Both the position numbers and the translations under genes were made by a program. Below are positions 49,125 to 57,623 of a stretch of 64,000 nt of DNA, piece by piece. Positions within the stretch are counted from its first letter, which is position 1. Each line of letters begins with the position of its first letter. Below the pieces are notes generated by a model. The model worked only from the letters and a program-made list of their open reading frames with translations, ran no database searches and was not told where the DNA came from. Origin of the DNA: Candidatus Marinacidobacterium sp. (GTDB lineage: Bacteria > Acidobacteriota > Vicinamibacteria > Marinacidobacterales > Marinacidobacteraceae). The DNA lies in NCBI GenBank assembly GCA_965204755.1, contig OZ242011.1:2272001-2336000 (forward strand). Direction: 5' to 3'.

Positions 49125-52106
49125 CTACTCACCCTGCTCGATGGCGATCTCGATCCGCCGCGCGGCGGTGAGGTTCGACCGGTCGACGGCGAACTCCGCA
49201 TCCGGCTCCCCCAGCGCGTCCGCCAGCATTCCGCACCGGCGCTGCAGCGCGTTGACGCGACCGGCGTGCATCCCCGGCGCTTTCGCGCGGCTGGCGTACT
49301 CCGACGCCGCGCCCAGCAGCGCGAACGCCGTGTCGCCGTGCGTGTCGCGATACCGGTCGGCCAGTCGCCGGAGATGCTGACCGACGCGCCGCCAGTACCG
49401 CGCGGAATGCGATCGCGCCCTTCGCCGGCGTTCGCTTCGGGAACCGGCGGTCAGGCGATCGAGCGCGCTCGGCGGGTCGAGGTCGAGGGCGCGCGCCAGA
49501 CCCGCCAGGAACTCCGGCGCGGGCACCGTCACTTCCGCCAGCCGCTCCAGGCGCTCCCGCATCCCCCGGGGGTCGAAGCGGCTCAGGCCGTAGGTCGTCA
49601 GCGGCTCCCGCTCCAGGTCCTCGATCCAGGCGTCGAGCGGGCGCCGATGGGGGTCGGTGTAGGTGACGCCGTCTTCGCCGATCATCCCGTTGGCGCAGAT
49701 CAGCCGGTGGACGCCGATCGTGAACCGCAGTTGCTGCGTCTTGTTGTAACTGTTGCTGACGCGCAGGAAGGGCGTCCAGGCATCGTCGTTCCAGAGCGCG
49801 AAGTTCAACGACTCCGCGGCGAGGTCGGCGTGCATGAAGGTCCGCTTCCGCGGCATCGTCAGGTTGATGGGACGCAGTTCCCGCGCGGCGGCCTCGCCGA
49901 ACGCCAGCGAGAAGACCCGCCGCCCGGCCTCGATCGCCTCTTCGTTCTTGATGAGCCGGTAGCCCCCCGATACCCGCGCCAGGTCGCCGCCGCCGCCGTT
50001 GGTGACGGCGGCGGGCGGCAAGGCCTCGGCCGGCGCATGGAGGCGCTGACGCGCGAAGTCCCCGCCCCCGAGGTCGGGGGAGCGTCGCCGCCGCCGGGCC
50101 CGGTAGCCGCCGGACACGATTCCCAGCACCCGTCCGCGTTCGCGGTCCTCCACGATGGCCCGATGGGTGGGGACCGGTCGGTCGTCGGGGAGCCGGAGCG
50201 GCACATCGCGCACCGGGAAGAACGCGTCGAGCCGCAGTCGCTCTTCGGGCGACCGCGCTTCGCCGAACGGCTCGCCGAGGCCTCCGGCGAACAACACCGC
50301 GGGAGGGGGCGCCGCGCTCGGGTCCGTCTCGACCGGCTGCAGCGCCGGCCACGGGCCGAACGCGCTCCGAGTGTCCCCGGCCTCCGCCGACGGGGCTACG
50401 CCGGCGGGGCCGCCGGCGCGGCGCGCGGGCTCCGAAGCCGAGAACACGCTCCGCCCGAAGGTGTCGGTACGCGGAGGGGCCAGCGCGCCCCGCCGCTGCT
50501 CGCTCAACCCGCGCGACCGCGCGTCCTCTTCTTCGCCCAGAAGGAGCAGGTCGGTCCACGGCGACACGATGCCTTCCGCCCGCGCCAGCCGCGCCGCGGC
50601 GTCGAGGGGCATCCGCGCCAGGGCCAGGCCGGCCGCGAGAGGCGCCACGCCGGGGAACACCGCGCCCGTCGCGACCTCCGGGCCGCCCGCTTCCGCCGAC
50701 CAGGAGGCGGTGATCCGGGCGCCGCCCCGCACGGCCTCGATGACCTCCCCCGACGGGACGACTCCGGCGTCGTCGGTGGACACCCGCTCGCCGGGGATTC
50801 GGGCGCCGCGAAGACCGGCGACCGCCGCCGCGAGAGCGGCGACGATGTCCGTCCCGCCGGTGATGAAGAAGTCTCCGCCGGACTCCACCGCCAGCCGCGC
50901 GAGCGAGCCGTCGAGACTGTCCTCCCCCACCAGCACCACGAAGAGCCGGCGCCCGGCGCGGAGGAACCGCTCGGTGTCCAGGCCGCGGCTCTTGCCGTCG
51001 GTGACCACGAGGAGGTCCGGGGCCTCGGTGCGCGAAGCGACCGTCTCGAGGACGCGGCTGATCTCGTCGCTGCCGTGGGGCGGGGACAGGCGCTCGACCG
51101 CCCGCCGGAAGGCCCTCTCTCCCCGGTCCCCTTCTTCCGCGTCCGGAGAGATCCGGTGGGCGCGGCTGTCGAACTCCCACAACTCCAGCCCGTCGCCGCC
51201 TCCGAGATCGTCCGCGAGGTCCCGGAGCGCCTCCGTCAACGCCCTCCACTTGGTGAGCGCCGCGTTCCCGGTGCACGGATCGTCCATGGATCGGGAGCGA
51301 TCCACCAGGACGGCCGCTCTCGCCGTTCCGTCCCCGGTCGCGGGTTCGATGCGCATCGTCACCATCCGGCCGTCGGCGGCTTCGCCGACGAGCGCGCCGA
51401 CCGCCCCGTCCGCGACCTCGATGTCCACCGGCGCGTCGGTGGGCGCCTGCAGGTCGAACGAGCCGGCTCCCGCCGCGCCGCCCGGCCCGACGGGGGTCGC
51501 CTCCCCGTTCACCCGCACCCGACCTCCGTCGCAGACCACCCGGAGCCGGGCGGTTCCCGGAACGCCGTCCGTCCGCGGCCCGCTGGCGTCGTCCGGGCCG
51601 ATCGGGCCCAGCCCCCGGCCGATCGTCATCGGTATGCGCAGACGCCCGATCGCTCCCTGCTGCTGCAGCGGCGTCGTCCAGGTCCCGGAGATTTCGACCT
51701 CCGCTCCCGCCGGCACGGACGACACGGCCACCAAGTGGATTCCCGGCAGCAACTCTTCGTGCCGCACCGCGAGGAACCCGCCCTCCAACGCCTCTTCGTA
51801 AGCGCTCTCCGCCTCTCCCTTCGGGAGGGCCGACGCCCGGACTTCTTGGCCGGCGACCTCCGTCCGCAGCCGGAACAGCACCGCGGCCGAGGGAACCGGG
51901 AATGTCAGCAGCGCTTCGATGGGTTGTTCTTCGTCGTTCCGGAAAGTCCGGGTCGTGGTCACCGTCGCCAGTCCCCGCCGGATTTCCACTTCGAGGGCCG
52001 TGCGGGCGAGCGGGTCGAGGTCGGCGCCGTTCTCGGTCTCCCGCTCGGCGAGCAGAGCGGCCAAGGGGTCCACCAGGCGAGGCGGACTGTCGGAGTTCAG
52101 GGTCAT
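49125..52106 (-). CDS. VIT + vWA domain protein fused to a C-terminal DUF932-like domain
   Basis: VIT (RTFRN....IEALLTFPVP), MIDAS LVDRSRSM with VVTDG, and C-terminal SNSYN...F.IG..RLICANG. Confidence 0.7.
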   Translation of the reverse strand: MTLNSDSPPRLVDPLAALLAERETENGADLDPLARTALEVEIRRGLATVTTTRTFRNDEEQPIEALLTFPVPSAAVLFRLRTEVAGQEVRASALPKGEAESAYEEALEGGFLAVRHEELLPGIHLVAVSSVPAGAEVEISGTWTTPLQQQGAIGRLRIPMTIGRGLGPIGPDDASGPRTDGVPGTARLRVVCDGGRVRVNGEATPVGPGGAAGAGSFDLQAPTDAPVDIEVADGAVGALVGEAADGRMVTMRIEPATGDGTARAAVLVDRSRSMDDPCTGNAALTKWRALTEALRDLADDLGGGDGLELWEFDSRAHRISPDAEEGDRGERAFRRAVERLSPPHGSDEISRVLETVASRTEAPDLLVVTDGKSRGLDTERFLRAGRRLFVVLVGEDSLDGSLARLAVESGGDFFITGGTDIVAALAAAVAGLRGARIPGERVSTDDAGVVPSGEVIEAVRGGARITASWSAEAGGPEVATGAVFPGVAPLAAGLALARMPLDAAARLARAEGIVSPWTDLLLLGEEEDARSRGLSEQRRGALAPPRTDTFGRSVFSASEPARRAGGPAGVAPSAEAGDTRSAFGPWPALQPVETDPSAAPPPAVLFAGGLGEPFGEARSPEERLRLDAFFPVRDVPLRLPDDRPVPTHRAIVEDRERGRVLGIVSGGYRARRRRRSPDLGGGDFARQRLHAPAEALPPAAVTNGGGGDLARVSGGYRLIKNEEAIEAGRRVFSLAFGEAAARELRPINLTMPRKRTFMHADLAAESLNFALWNDDAWTPFLRVSNSYNKTQQLRFTIGVHRLICANGMIGEDGVTYTDPHRRPLDAWIEDLEREPLTTYGLSRFDPRGMRERLERLAEVTVPAPEFLAGLARALDLDPPSALDRLTAGSRSERRRRARSHSARYWRRVGQHLRRLADRYRDTHGDTAFALLGAASEYASRAKAPGMHAGRVNALQRRCGMLADALGEPDAEFAVDRSNLTAARRIEIAIEQGE

Positions 52107-52534
52107 GGGCTATCTCCTTCGGAGTCGGGGGCGGCGGGGGCGGCGGGGGCCGCGGTTTCGGTCGGGGAAGGCGCCGCGGACGGCGCCAACGCCTCGGTGA
52201 GGACTTCGCGCACCTTCTCCACCAGCGGCTCCACCGGCTCGCCGGAGGCCAGTCGTTCAGGGGCGATGACGAGGCTGATCCCATCCACGATCGGGCGCGG
52301 AAAGCCGGACTTCGCCTTCCGCAGTTGACGGATGGCGGGCAGGGAGAAGTCCATTTCCCGGAGCCTCCGGTATTCCCGGAGCGCTTTCAGGTGTTCCTCG
52401 CCGTACTCGGCGAACTTGCGACCGCCGCCCGGCTTCGGACACACCTTGCTGGAGATGAGGAACCGCACATGCCGCGGGGTGAACCGGAGGCCGGATTCCT
52501 CCTGCAGGCGGGCGACGAGTTCAGCGAGAGTCAT
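52103..52534 (-). CDS. MerR-like HTH regulator
   Basis: TPRHVRFLI....P.P.GG...A.YGEEHL..L and FSL.AIR motifs. ATGA-coupled to the VIT gene. Confidence 0.78.
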   Translation of the reverse strand: MTLAELVARLQEESGLRFTPRHVRFLISSKVCPKPGGGRKFAEYGEEHLKALREYRRLREMDFSLPAIRQLRKAKSGFPRPIVDGISLVIAPERLASGEPVEPLVEKVREVLTEALAPSAAPSPTETAAPAAPAAPDSEGDSP

Positions 52535-52545
52535 CTTTACGACAC

Positions 52546-52574
52546 AGGCTACTGTCGGAAAAAGGCTCTGTCAA
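52546..52574 (-). promoter_or_regulatory. Sigma70-type promoter TTGACA-17 bp-TAGCCT for the MerR/VIT operon
   Basis: Consensus -35 at 52574-52569 and -10 at 52551-52546, 11 nt before the ATG. A CGACA-N8-TGTCG dyad overlaps the -10. Confidence 0.7.
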
Positions 52575-52706
52575 GTGCGCGGCCGAAACCGGCCCCCGCA
52601 GCCCCACGCCGTGAGATACTGAAATCCGCCCCGCCCCCCCGCGCCCCAACCGGCCCCGACCCCCGAGAACCCCGAGCGGGGCCGTCCCCGACCGAGTGAG
52701 CGACCC

Positions 52707-55700
52707 GTGAAAACCCCGACCGTCTTCGACCTCTGCCAGCCCCGGAAGGAGGTCCTGGAGGGTCGAGTCTCCGACGACCAGTTCGCCGCCGACCTCGCCG
52801 CCGTCCTCGACGAGACGAAGGCCGCCCCGGCGAACTACCGGGACCCGGCGCGGTTCTTCGAGAACACCTACCCCACCCGCGGCCTCAGGAGCCTCCTCGA
52901 GAGCGTCTGCGGCCGCCTGAGCGGCGCCGCCGGCGACGCCCCGCCGATCTTCCGCCTCGACACCTCCTACGGCGGCGGCAAGACCCACGGGCTGATCGCC
53001 CTGGCCCACGCCGCCGGCGCCCCCTCCGAAGTCCCCGGGGACTTCCTGCCCCCGGCCCTTCGCCCGAAGAAGACGGTGCGGGTGGCGGCGTTCGACGGCG
53101 AAAACGCCGACCCGGCGAACGGGAGGGCGCTCGGCGGCTTCCGCCCGAAGACCCCGTGGGGCGAGATCGCCGTCCAACTCGCCGGCCGGCCGGGGTTCGA
53201 TCGGGTGCAGAAGGGCGACGAAGAGGGGATCGCGCCCGGCGCCGACACGATCGCCGCCCTCTTCGGCGGCGAACCTGCGCTGATCCTGCTCGACGAGTTG
53301 GCGGTGTACCTGCGGAAGGTGAAGGGCCGCCCCGGCGCCGCCGGCCAACTCACCGCCTTCCTCACCAGCCTCTTCAAGGCCGTCGAGACCGCGCCCGAAG
53401 CGGCGCTGGTGTTCACGCTGGCCATCGGCAAGCACGGCCCGATCGACGCCTACGCCGACGAGCACCGCGCCCTCGCCGACGACCTCTCCGAGTTGCGGAG
53501 CGTCTCCGCCCGGAAGGCGACCCTCCTGAACCCCACCGAGGAGGACGAGACCGCCCCGGTGCTCCGCCGCCGCCTCTTCGAGCGGATCGACGAGTCCGGG
53601 GCCGGGGAGGTCGTCGCCGCCTACCGGAGGGTCTGGAAGCAGCACGCCGGCGAGAACGAACTCTCCCCGGTGGCCCGAGCACCGGAGACCGTCGAACACT
53701 TCCGCGCCGCCTACCCCTTCCACCCGGAACTGCTGGACACGCTCACCCGCAAGACCTCGACGCTCGCCGACTTCCAGCGCGTCCGGGGGATGCTGCGGCT
53801 CCTCACCCGGACGATCGCCCACCTCTGGAGCGAGCGCCCGGCCGACGCCGCGGCGATCCACCTCCACCATGTCCCCGTCGGCAGCCCGGCGAACCGCCGG
53901 GAGTTGCTCGCCCGGCTCGGGCAGAAGACCTTCGAGTCCGCCCTCGACAACGATGTGGAGGGGTCCAAAGGCCCCTCGCTCGCGCAGCGGCTCGACGCCG
54001 ACCACCACTCCGGCCGCCCGCCCTACGCGCTCTACGCCGCGCGGGCGGCCTTCCTCCACTCCTTCGCCTTCAACGAGGGCCTGAAGGGCTGCTCGCCCCG
54101 CCGCCTCCGCTACTCCATGGTCGGCCCGGCCACCGACTTCGCCTTCATCGAGGAGGCCCGGAAACTGTTCCAGGAACAGTCCGCCTACCTCGACGACCGC
54201 CCCGGCGCCCCGCTCCGGTTCCACGCGGAAGCCAACCTCAACAAGATCCTGAGCAACCACGAAGCGATAGTGGACGCCGAAGAAGTCCGCGCCGAACTGC
54301 GCGACCGCATCCAGCGGATCTTCGGCGGCAAGAACCGCGACCTCGAGCCGGTCTTCTTCCCCGGCGGCCCCTCCGATGTCCCCGACGACCCGAGCGACCG
54401 CCCCCGGCTGGTCGTGATCTCCCCGGACGCCGTCGACATCCGCGGCGACGACGACGCGGCCCCGGAAGCCATCCTCCGGATCCACCAGCGCAAGGGCGGC
54501 GAGGAGAAGTCACTCCGCCGCCGCCGGAACCACTTGGTCTTCCTCGCCCCCGACTCCGGGCGGAAGGAGAAGATGCGGCAGCGGGCCGCGCGTCTCCTCG
54601 CGCTGCGGTCGCTGAAGAAGCCGGAGCACCTCGACGACCTGGCCGACCACCAGCAGGCCAAGGTCAAGGAGTGGGCGCAAGGCGCCGAACAGGAAGTCGC
54701 CCTCGCGGTCCACCAGTGCTACCGCCGACTCTTCTACCCGTCCACCGGCCTCCAGCCGGGCCGGGGCGACCTGGCCCACGCCGTCCTCGACGACCCGGCG
54801 CACTCGGAGAAACCGGGCGACGGCCAGCGCGCCGTCGTCCGCCACCTCCGCGAGGACGCCGAGAAACTCCGCCTCCCGGAAGATCAGCCGGACGCGCCGG
54901 ACTATGTGCGCGACAAGACCCCGCTGAAGACGAAGGGCGAGATGACCACCGCCGACCTGCGGGACGAGTTCCGCTGCGTCCCGGCCCTCCCGATGCTGAT
55001 CGGCGACCAGGTGTTCTGCCGGGGCGTCGTCCTGGGCGTTGAGCAGGGCCGGTTCGCGTACCGCAGCGGCGACCTCCTGTTCGGCCCGGGCGACCCGGAG
55101 ACCGTGATCACCGTGGACGACGAGTCGCGGGTCGCGACCATCCAGTACGCGAAGAACCGGGGGTTCTGGCCGCGAAAGCCCCCTCCGCCGCCGGAGCCGG
55201 AGCCGACACCACTGGGGCCGGCGCCGACACCGCCGAGGCCGGCGCCGACACCGCCGGGACCGACGCCGACACCGCCGGGGCCGGTCCCTCCGGGTCCGAC
55301 GCCGCCGACGCCGCAACCGACCCCGACGGAATTCCTGGCCGAAGCGCCCATGCGCGAAGCGCTGACGCGGCTGGCCGAGTGGGCGGGGACGAACGCCCCG
55401 AACGGCCTCGCCTCCATCAGCATCCGACCCCAGGAGCCCACCGACGGCTTCCGGCTCATCCGCGGCGCCAACAACCCGACCGTCCCCGGGGACAAGACCG
55501 CGAAGATGGAGGGCAACTACGAAACCGCCGGCGGCGGCGCCTACTGCCTCCAGGAGTTCGCCGGCCCGCTCGCCGACGCCGGGCCGGTGGCGGACTTCCT
55601 CGACCAGCAGTTCCGCGACGCGGCCTCGTCCGACCTCACCGCCACCGTGACCCTGGCCTTCCCCGAAGGGGCGCCGGCCGGCGCGGCCTGGGACAAACTC

Positions 55701-55763
55701 ACGAGCCAACTCACCCGCTTCGTGGGCGGCCAGGCGGTGGTGAAGGCCGCCCCGAGAAAGTGA
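52707..55763 (+). CDS. DUF499-family AAA+ ATPase
   Basis: FAADL, FFENTYPT, TSYGGGKTH, ILLDEL, YPFHP and FQRVRG.LR motifs. Pro-rich linker at about 55180-55330. Confidence 0.88.
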   Translation: MKTPTVFDLCQPRKEVLEGRVSDDQFAADLAAVLDETKAAPANYRDPARFFENTYPTRGLRSLLESVCGRLSGAAGDAPPIFRLDTSYGGGKTHGLIALAHAAGAPSEVPGDFLPPALRPKKTVRVAAFDGENADPANGRALGGFRPKTPWGEIAVQLAGRPGFDRVQKGDEEGIAPGADTIAALFGGEPALILLDELAVYLRKVKGRPGAAGQLTAFLTSLFKAVETAPEAALVFTLAIGKHGPIDAYADEHRALADDLSELRSVSARKATLLNPTEEDETAPVLRRRLFERIDESGAGEVVAAYRRVWKQHAGENELSPVARAPETVEHFRAAYPFHPELLDTLTRKTSTLADFQRVRGMLRLLTRTIAHLWSERPADAAAIHLHHVPVGSPANRRELLARLGQKTFESALDNDVEGSKGPSLAQRLDADHHSGRPPYALYAARAAFLHSFAFNEGLKGCSPRRLRYSMVGPATDFAFIEEARKLFQEQSAYLDDRPGAPLRFHAEANLNKILSNHEAIVDAEEVRAELRDRIQRIFGGKNRDLEPVFFPGGPSDVPDDPSDRPRLVVISPDAVDIRGDDDAAPEAILRIHQRKGGEEKSLRRRRNHLVFLAPDSGRKEKMRQRAARLLALRSLKKPEHLDDLADHQQAKVKEWAQGAEQEVALAVHQCYRRLFYPSTGLQPGRGDLAHAVLDDPAHSEKPGDGQRAVVRHLREDAEKLRLPEDQPDAPDYVRDKTPLKTKGEMTTADLRDEFRCVPALPMLIGDQVFCRGVVLGVEQGRFAYRSGDLLFGPGDPETVITVDDESRVATIQYAKNRGFWPRKPPPPPEPEPTPLGPAPTPPRPAPTPPGPTPTPPGPVPPGPTPPTPQPTPTEFLAEAPMREALTRLAEWAGTNAPNGLASISIRPQEPTDGFRLIRGANNPTVPGDKTAKMEGNYETAGGGAYCLQEFAGPLADAGPVADFLDQQFRDAASSDLTATVTLAFPEGAPAGAAWDKLTSQLTRFVGGQAVVKAAPRK

Positions 55764-55846
55764 CGCCCGCCTCCGCCCGGAGCACCGCCCCGGCCCCCGC
55801 CGAACGGCGCCGCCCCTCCGACCCCTCCGCCGCCGGGAACCCCTGA

Positions 55847-56338
55847 ATGCCCGCGCAGGTCGTCCGCTTCGCCCTCCCGGAGACCGCCCCGCTGCGGCCC
55901 CGCTACGAACTCCGCGTCCGCCGCCGGGGCCCGGTGGACGCCGAGTACCAAGTCTGGCGGCTCCCCTCCCCGGCGACCCCCGGCCTCCGCGCGCCGGAGC
56001 GCGTCGCCGGACTCCACGGGCGGAACCTCGAGTTCGTCGAGCACCGGGTGCGGAAGCGGCTCGCGACCGCCGGCATCCGCGCCGGCGCCCGCGGCGAGCA
56101 CGGCCACGAGTTGGACGAAGACCTGGCCCTCGGCCTCGGCCTCCTGTTCCGCGCCCTCGCCCCGATGCGCAGCCGGGAACGGATGCGGGCGGTCGCGGAG
56201 GGCATCGAAGCCATGGAGCGCGAAGAAGCCGCCTACTGGTTGGGCATGGCGATGCACCGCAAGCACCCCCGCCGGGTGCTCACCGCGCTCCGCTGCCTGC
56301 TCACCGACCCCCGCGCCCCGACGCGCCCCGGCGCGTAA
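55847..56338 (+). CDS. Small accessory protein of the DUF499 system
   Basis: C-terminal M.REEA.YWLG..M.R....RVL.ALR.LL. Occupies the usual small-gene position after DUF499. Confidence 0.65.
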   Translation: MPAQVVRFALPETAPLRPRYELRVRRRGPVDAEYQVWRLPSPATPGLRAPERVAGLHGRNLEFVEHRVRKRLATAGIRAGARGEHGHELDEDLALGLGLLFRALAPMRSRERMRAVAEGIEAMEREEAAYWLGMAMHRKHPRRVLTALRCLLTDPRAPTRPGA

Positions 56339-56348
56339 GACTTCCGCC

Positions 56349-57623
56349 ATGCGGCTGAAGCGGGCGGTCATCGAGAACTACCGGGCGATCTCCCGGCTGG
56401 AACTCGACTTCCACCCGCAGATGAATGTCTTCTTCGGCGGCAACGCGGAAGGCAAGACCAGCGTCCTGAGCGCGATCGCGACCGGCTTCGGCGCGATCCA
56501 GCGACTCCTCCCCGCCATCACCTCGGTGAACTTCCTCGAGCGGGACCGGCGCGGAACGGAACCGATCCGGGTGGAACTCGAAGCCTGCGACGGCGCGAAG
56601 TGGGAGCGAACGCTCGGCGGGCCCAGGCGGGCCGGCCGGCTGGACGACCTGCGAAAGCGCCTCGAACCCCTGCTGACCGCCGAAGAGGACAAGAAACCGT
56701 CGAAGGATCTCCCCCTCGCGGTCTTCTACGACACCGACCGCGTCGTCCCGGAGCGCCCCCAGCGCCTCGTGAAACCCCGGGACTTCCCCCGGTTCGAAGC
56801 GCTCGAAGGGGCGCTGTCCCCTCGCCCGAATTTCCGCACTTTCTTCGAATGGTTCGCCGGGAGGGAACACGAGGAGGGCAACGAGCAGAAACGCCGCCGC
56901 AGTTTCGACTTCCACCTCCCGGCGCTCCGGGCGGTCCGCCGGGCGGTCGAGGCCTTGGTCCCCGGCGTGTGCGACCCAACGGTGATGTTCCACCCGGTCC
57001 GGTTCACGGTCTCCGCGGCCTTCGACGGCGACGGAACCGCCGAGTTGGAGATCGACCAGTTGAGCGGGGGCAACCGGGTGCTGCTGGCGGTGGTCGCCGA
57101 CCTGGCCCGCCGCATGGCCCAGGCGAACCCCCACCTCGACGACCCGCTGTTGTCGGAAGCGGTCGTTCTCATAGACGAAGTGGATCTGCACCTCCATCCG
57201 TCGTGGCAGCAGCGCATCCTCCCCGACCTGATGCAGACCTTCCCGAACGCGCAGTTCCTGGTTTCCACCCACAGCCCGCAGGTGCTGACCACGGTGGAGG
57301 CCGGATGCGTCACGCACCTGGCGCGCGAGGACGGCCGGATCGGCGCCTTCGGCGTGCCGATCACCACCTACGGCGCCAAGGCGTCGGACGCGCTGGAGAC
57401 CCTCATGGGCGTGGAGGAGCGGCCGGCCGGGAACGAATTCGTCCGGATGCTCAAGGAGTATTGGGCCCTGGTCGTGGCCGGGCGCGGCGAGACGGCGGAA
57501 GGTCGGGAACTCCGCGGCCGTCTCGAAGCGATTTCGCCCCACGATTCGGACCTCGACGCTGCGACCTCGGAGATGCACCGCCAGCGCGTTTTGACACGGC
57601 TCGGGAGGGAGGTGTCCCCGTGA
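56349..57623 (+). CDS. ABC-type ATPase, Septu PtuA-like (copy 1)
   Basis: FGGNAEGKTSVL, QLSGG, DLARR.AQ.NP, VLIDEVDLHLHPSWQ and STHSPQV motifs. Confidence 0.8.
   Translation: MRLKRAVIENYRAISRLELDFHPQMNVFFGGNAEGKTSVLSAIATGFGAIQRLLPAITSVNFLERDRRGTEPIRVELEACDGAKWERTLGGPRRAGRLDDLRKRLEPLLTAEEDKKPSKDLPLAVFYDTDRVVPERPQRLVKPRDFPRFEALEGALSPRPNFRTFFEWFAGREHEEGNEQKRRRSFDFHLPALRAVRRAVEALVPGVCDPTVMFHPVRFTVSAAFDGDGTAELEIDQLSGGNRVLLAVVADLARRMAQANPHLDDPLLSEAVVLIDEVDLHLHPSWQQRILPDLMQTFPNAQFLVSTHSPQVLTTVEAGCVTHLAREDGRIGAFGVPITTYGAKASDALETLMGVEERPAGNEFVRMLKEYWALVVAGRGETAEGRELRGRLEAISPHDSDLDAATSEMHRQRVLTRLGREVSP

Noticed and set aside
52541-52550. GACACAGGCT match to the 19.7-20.2 kb repeat core in the MerR promoter
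   Set aside because: A single 10-nt match is plausible by chance and is explained by the -10 box and dyad.
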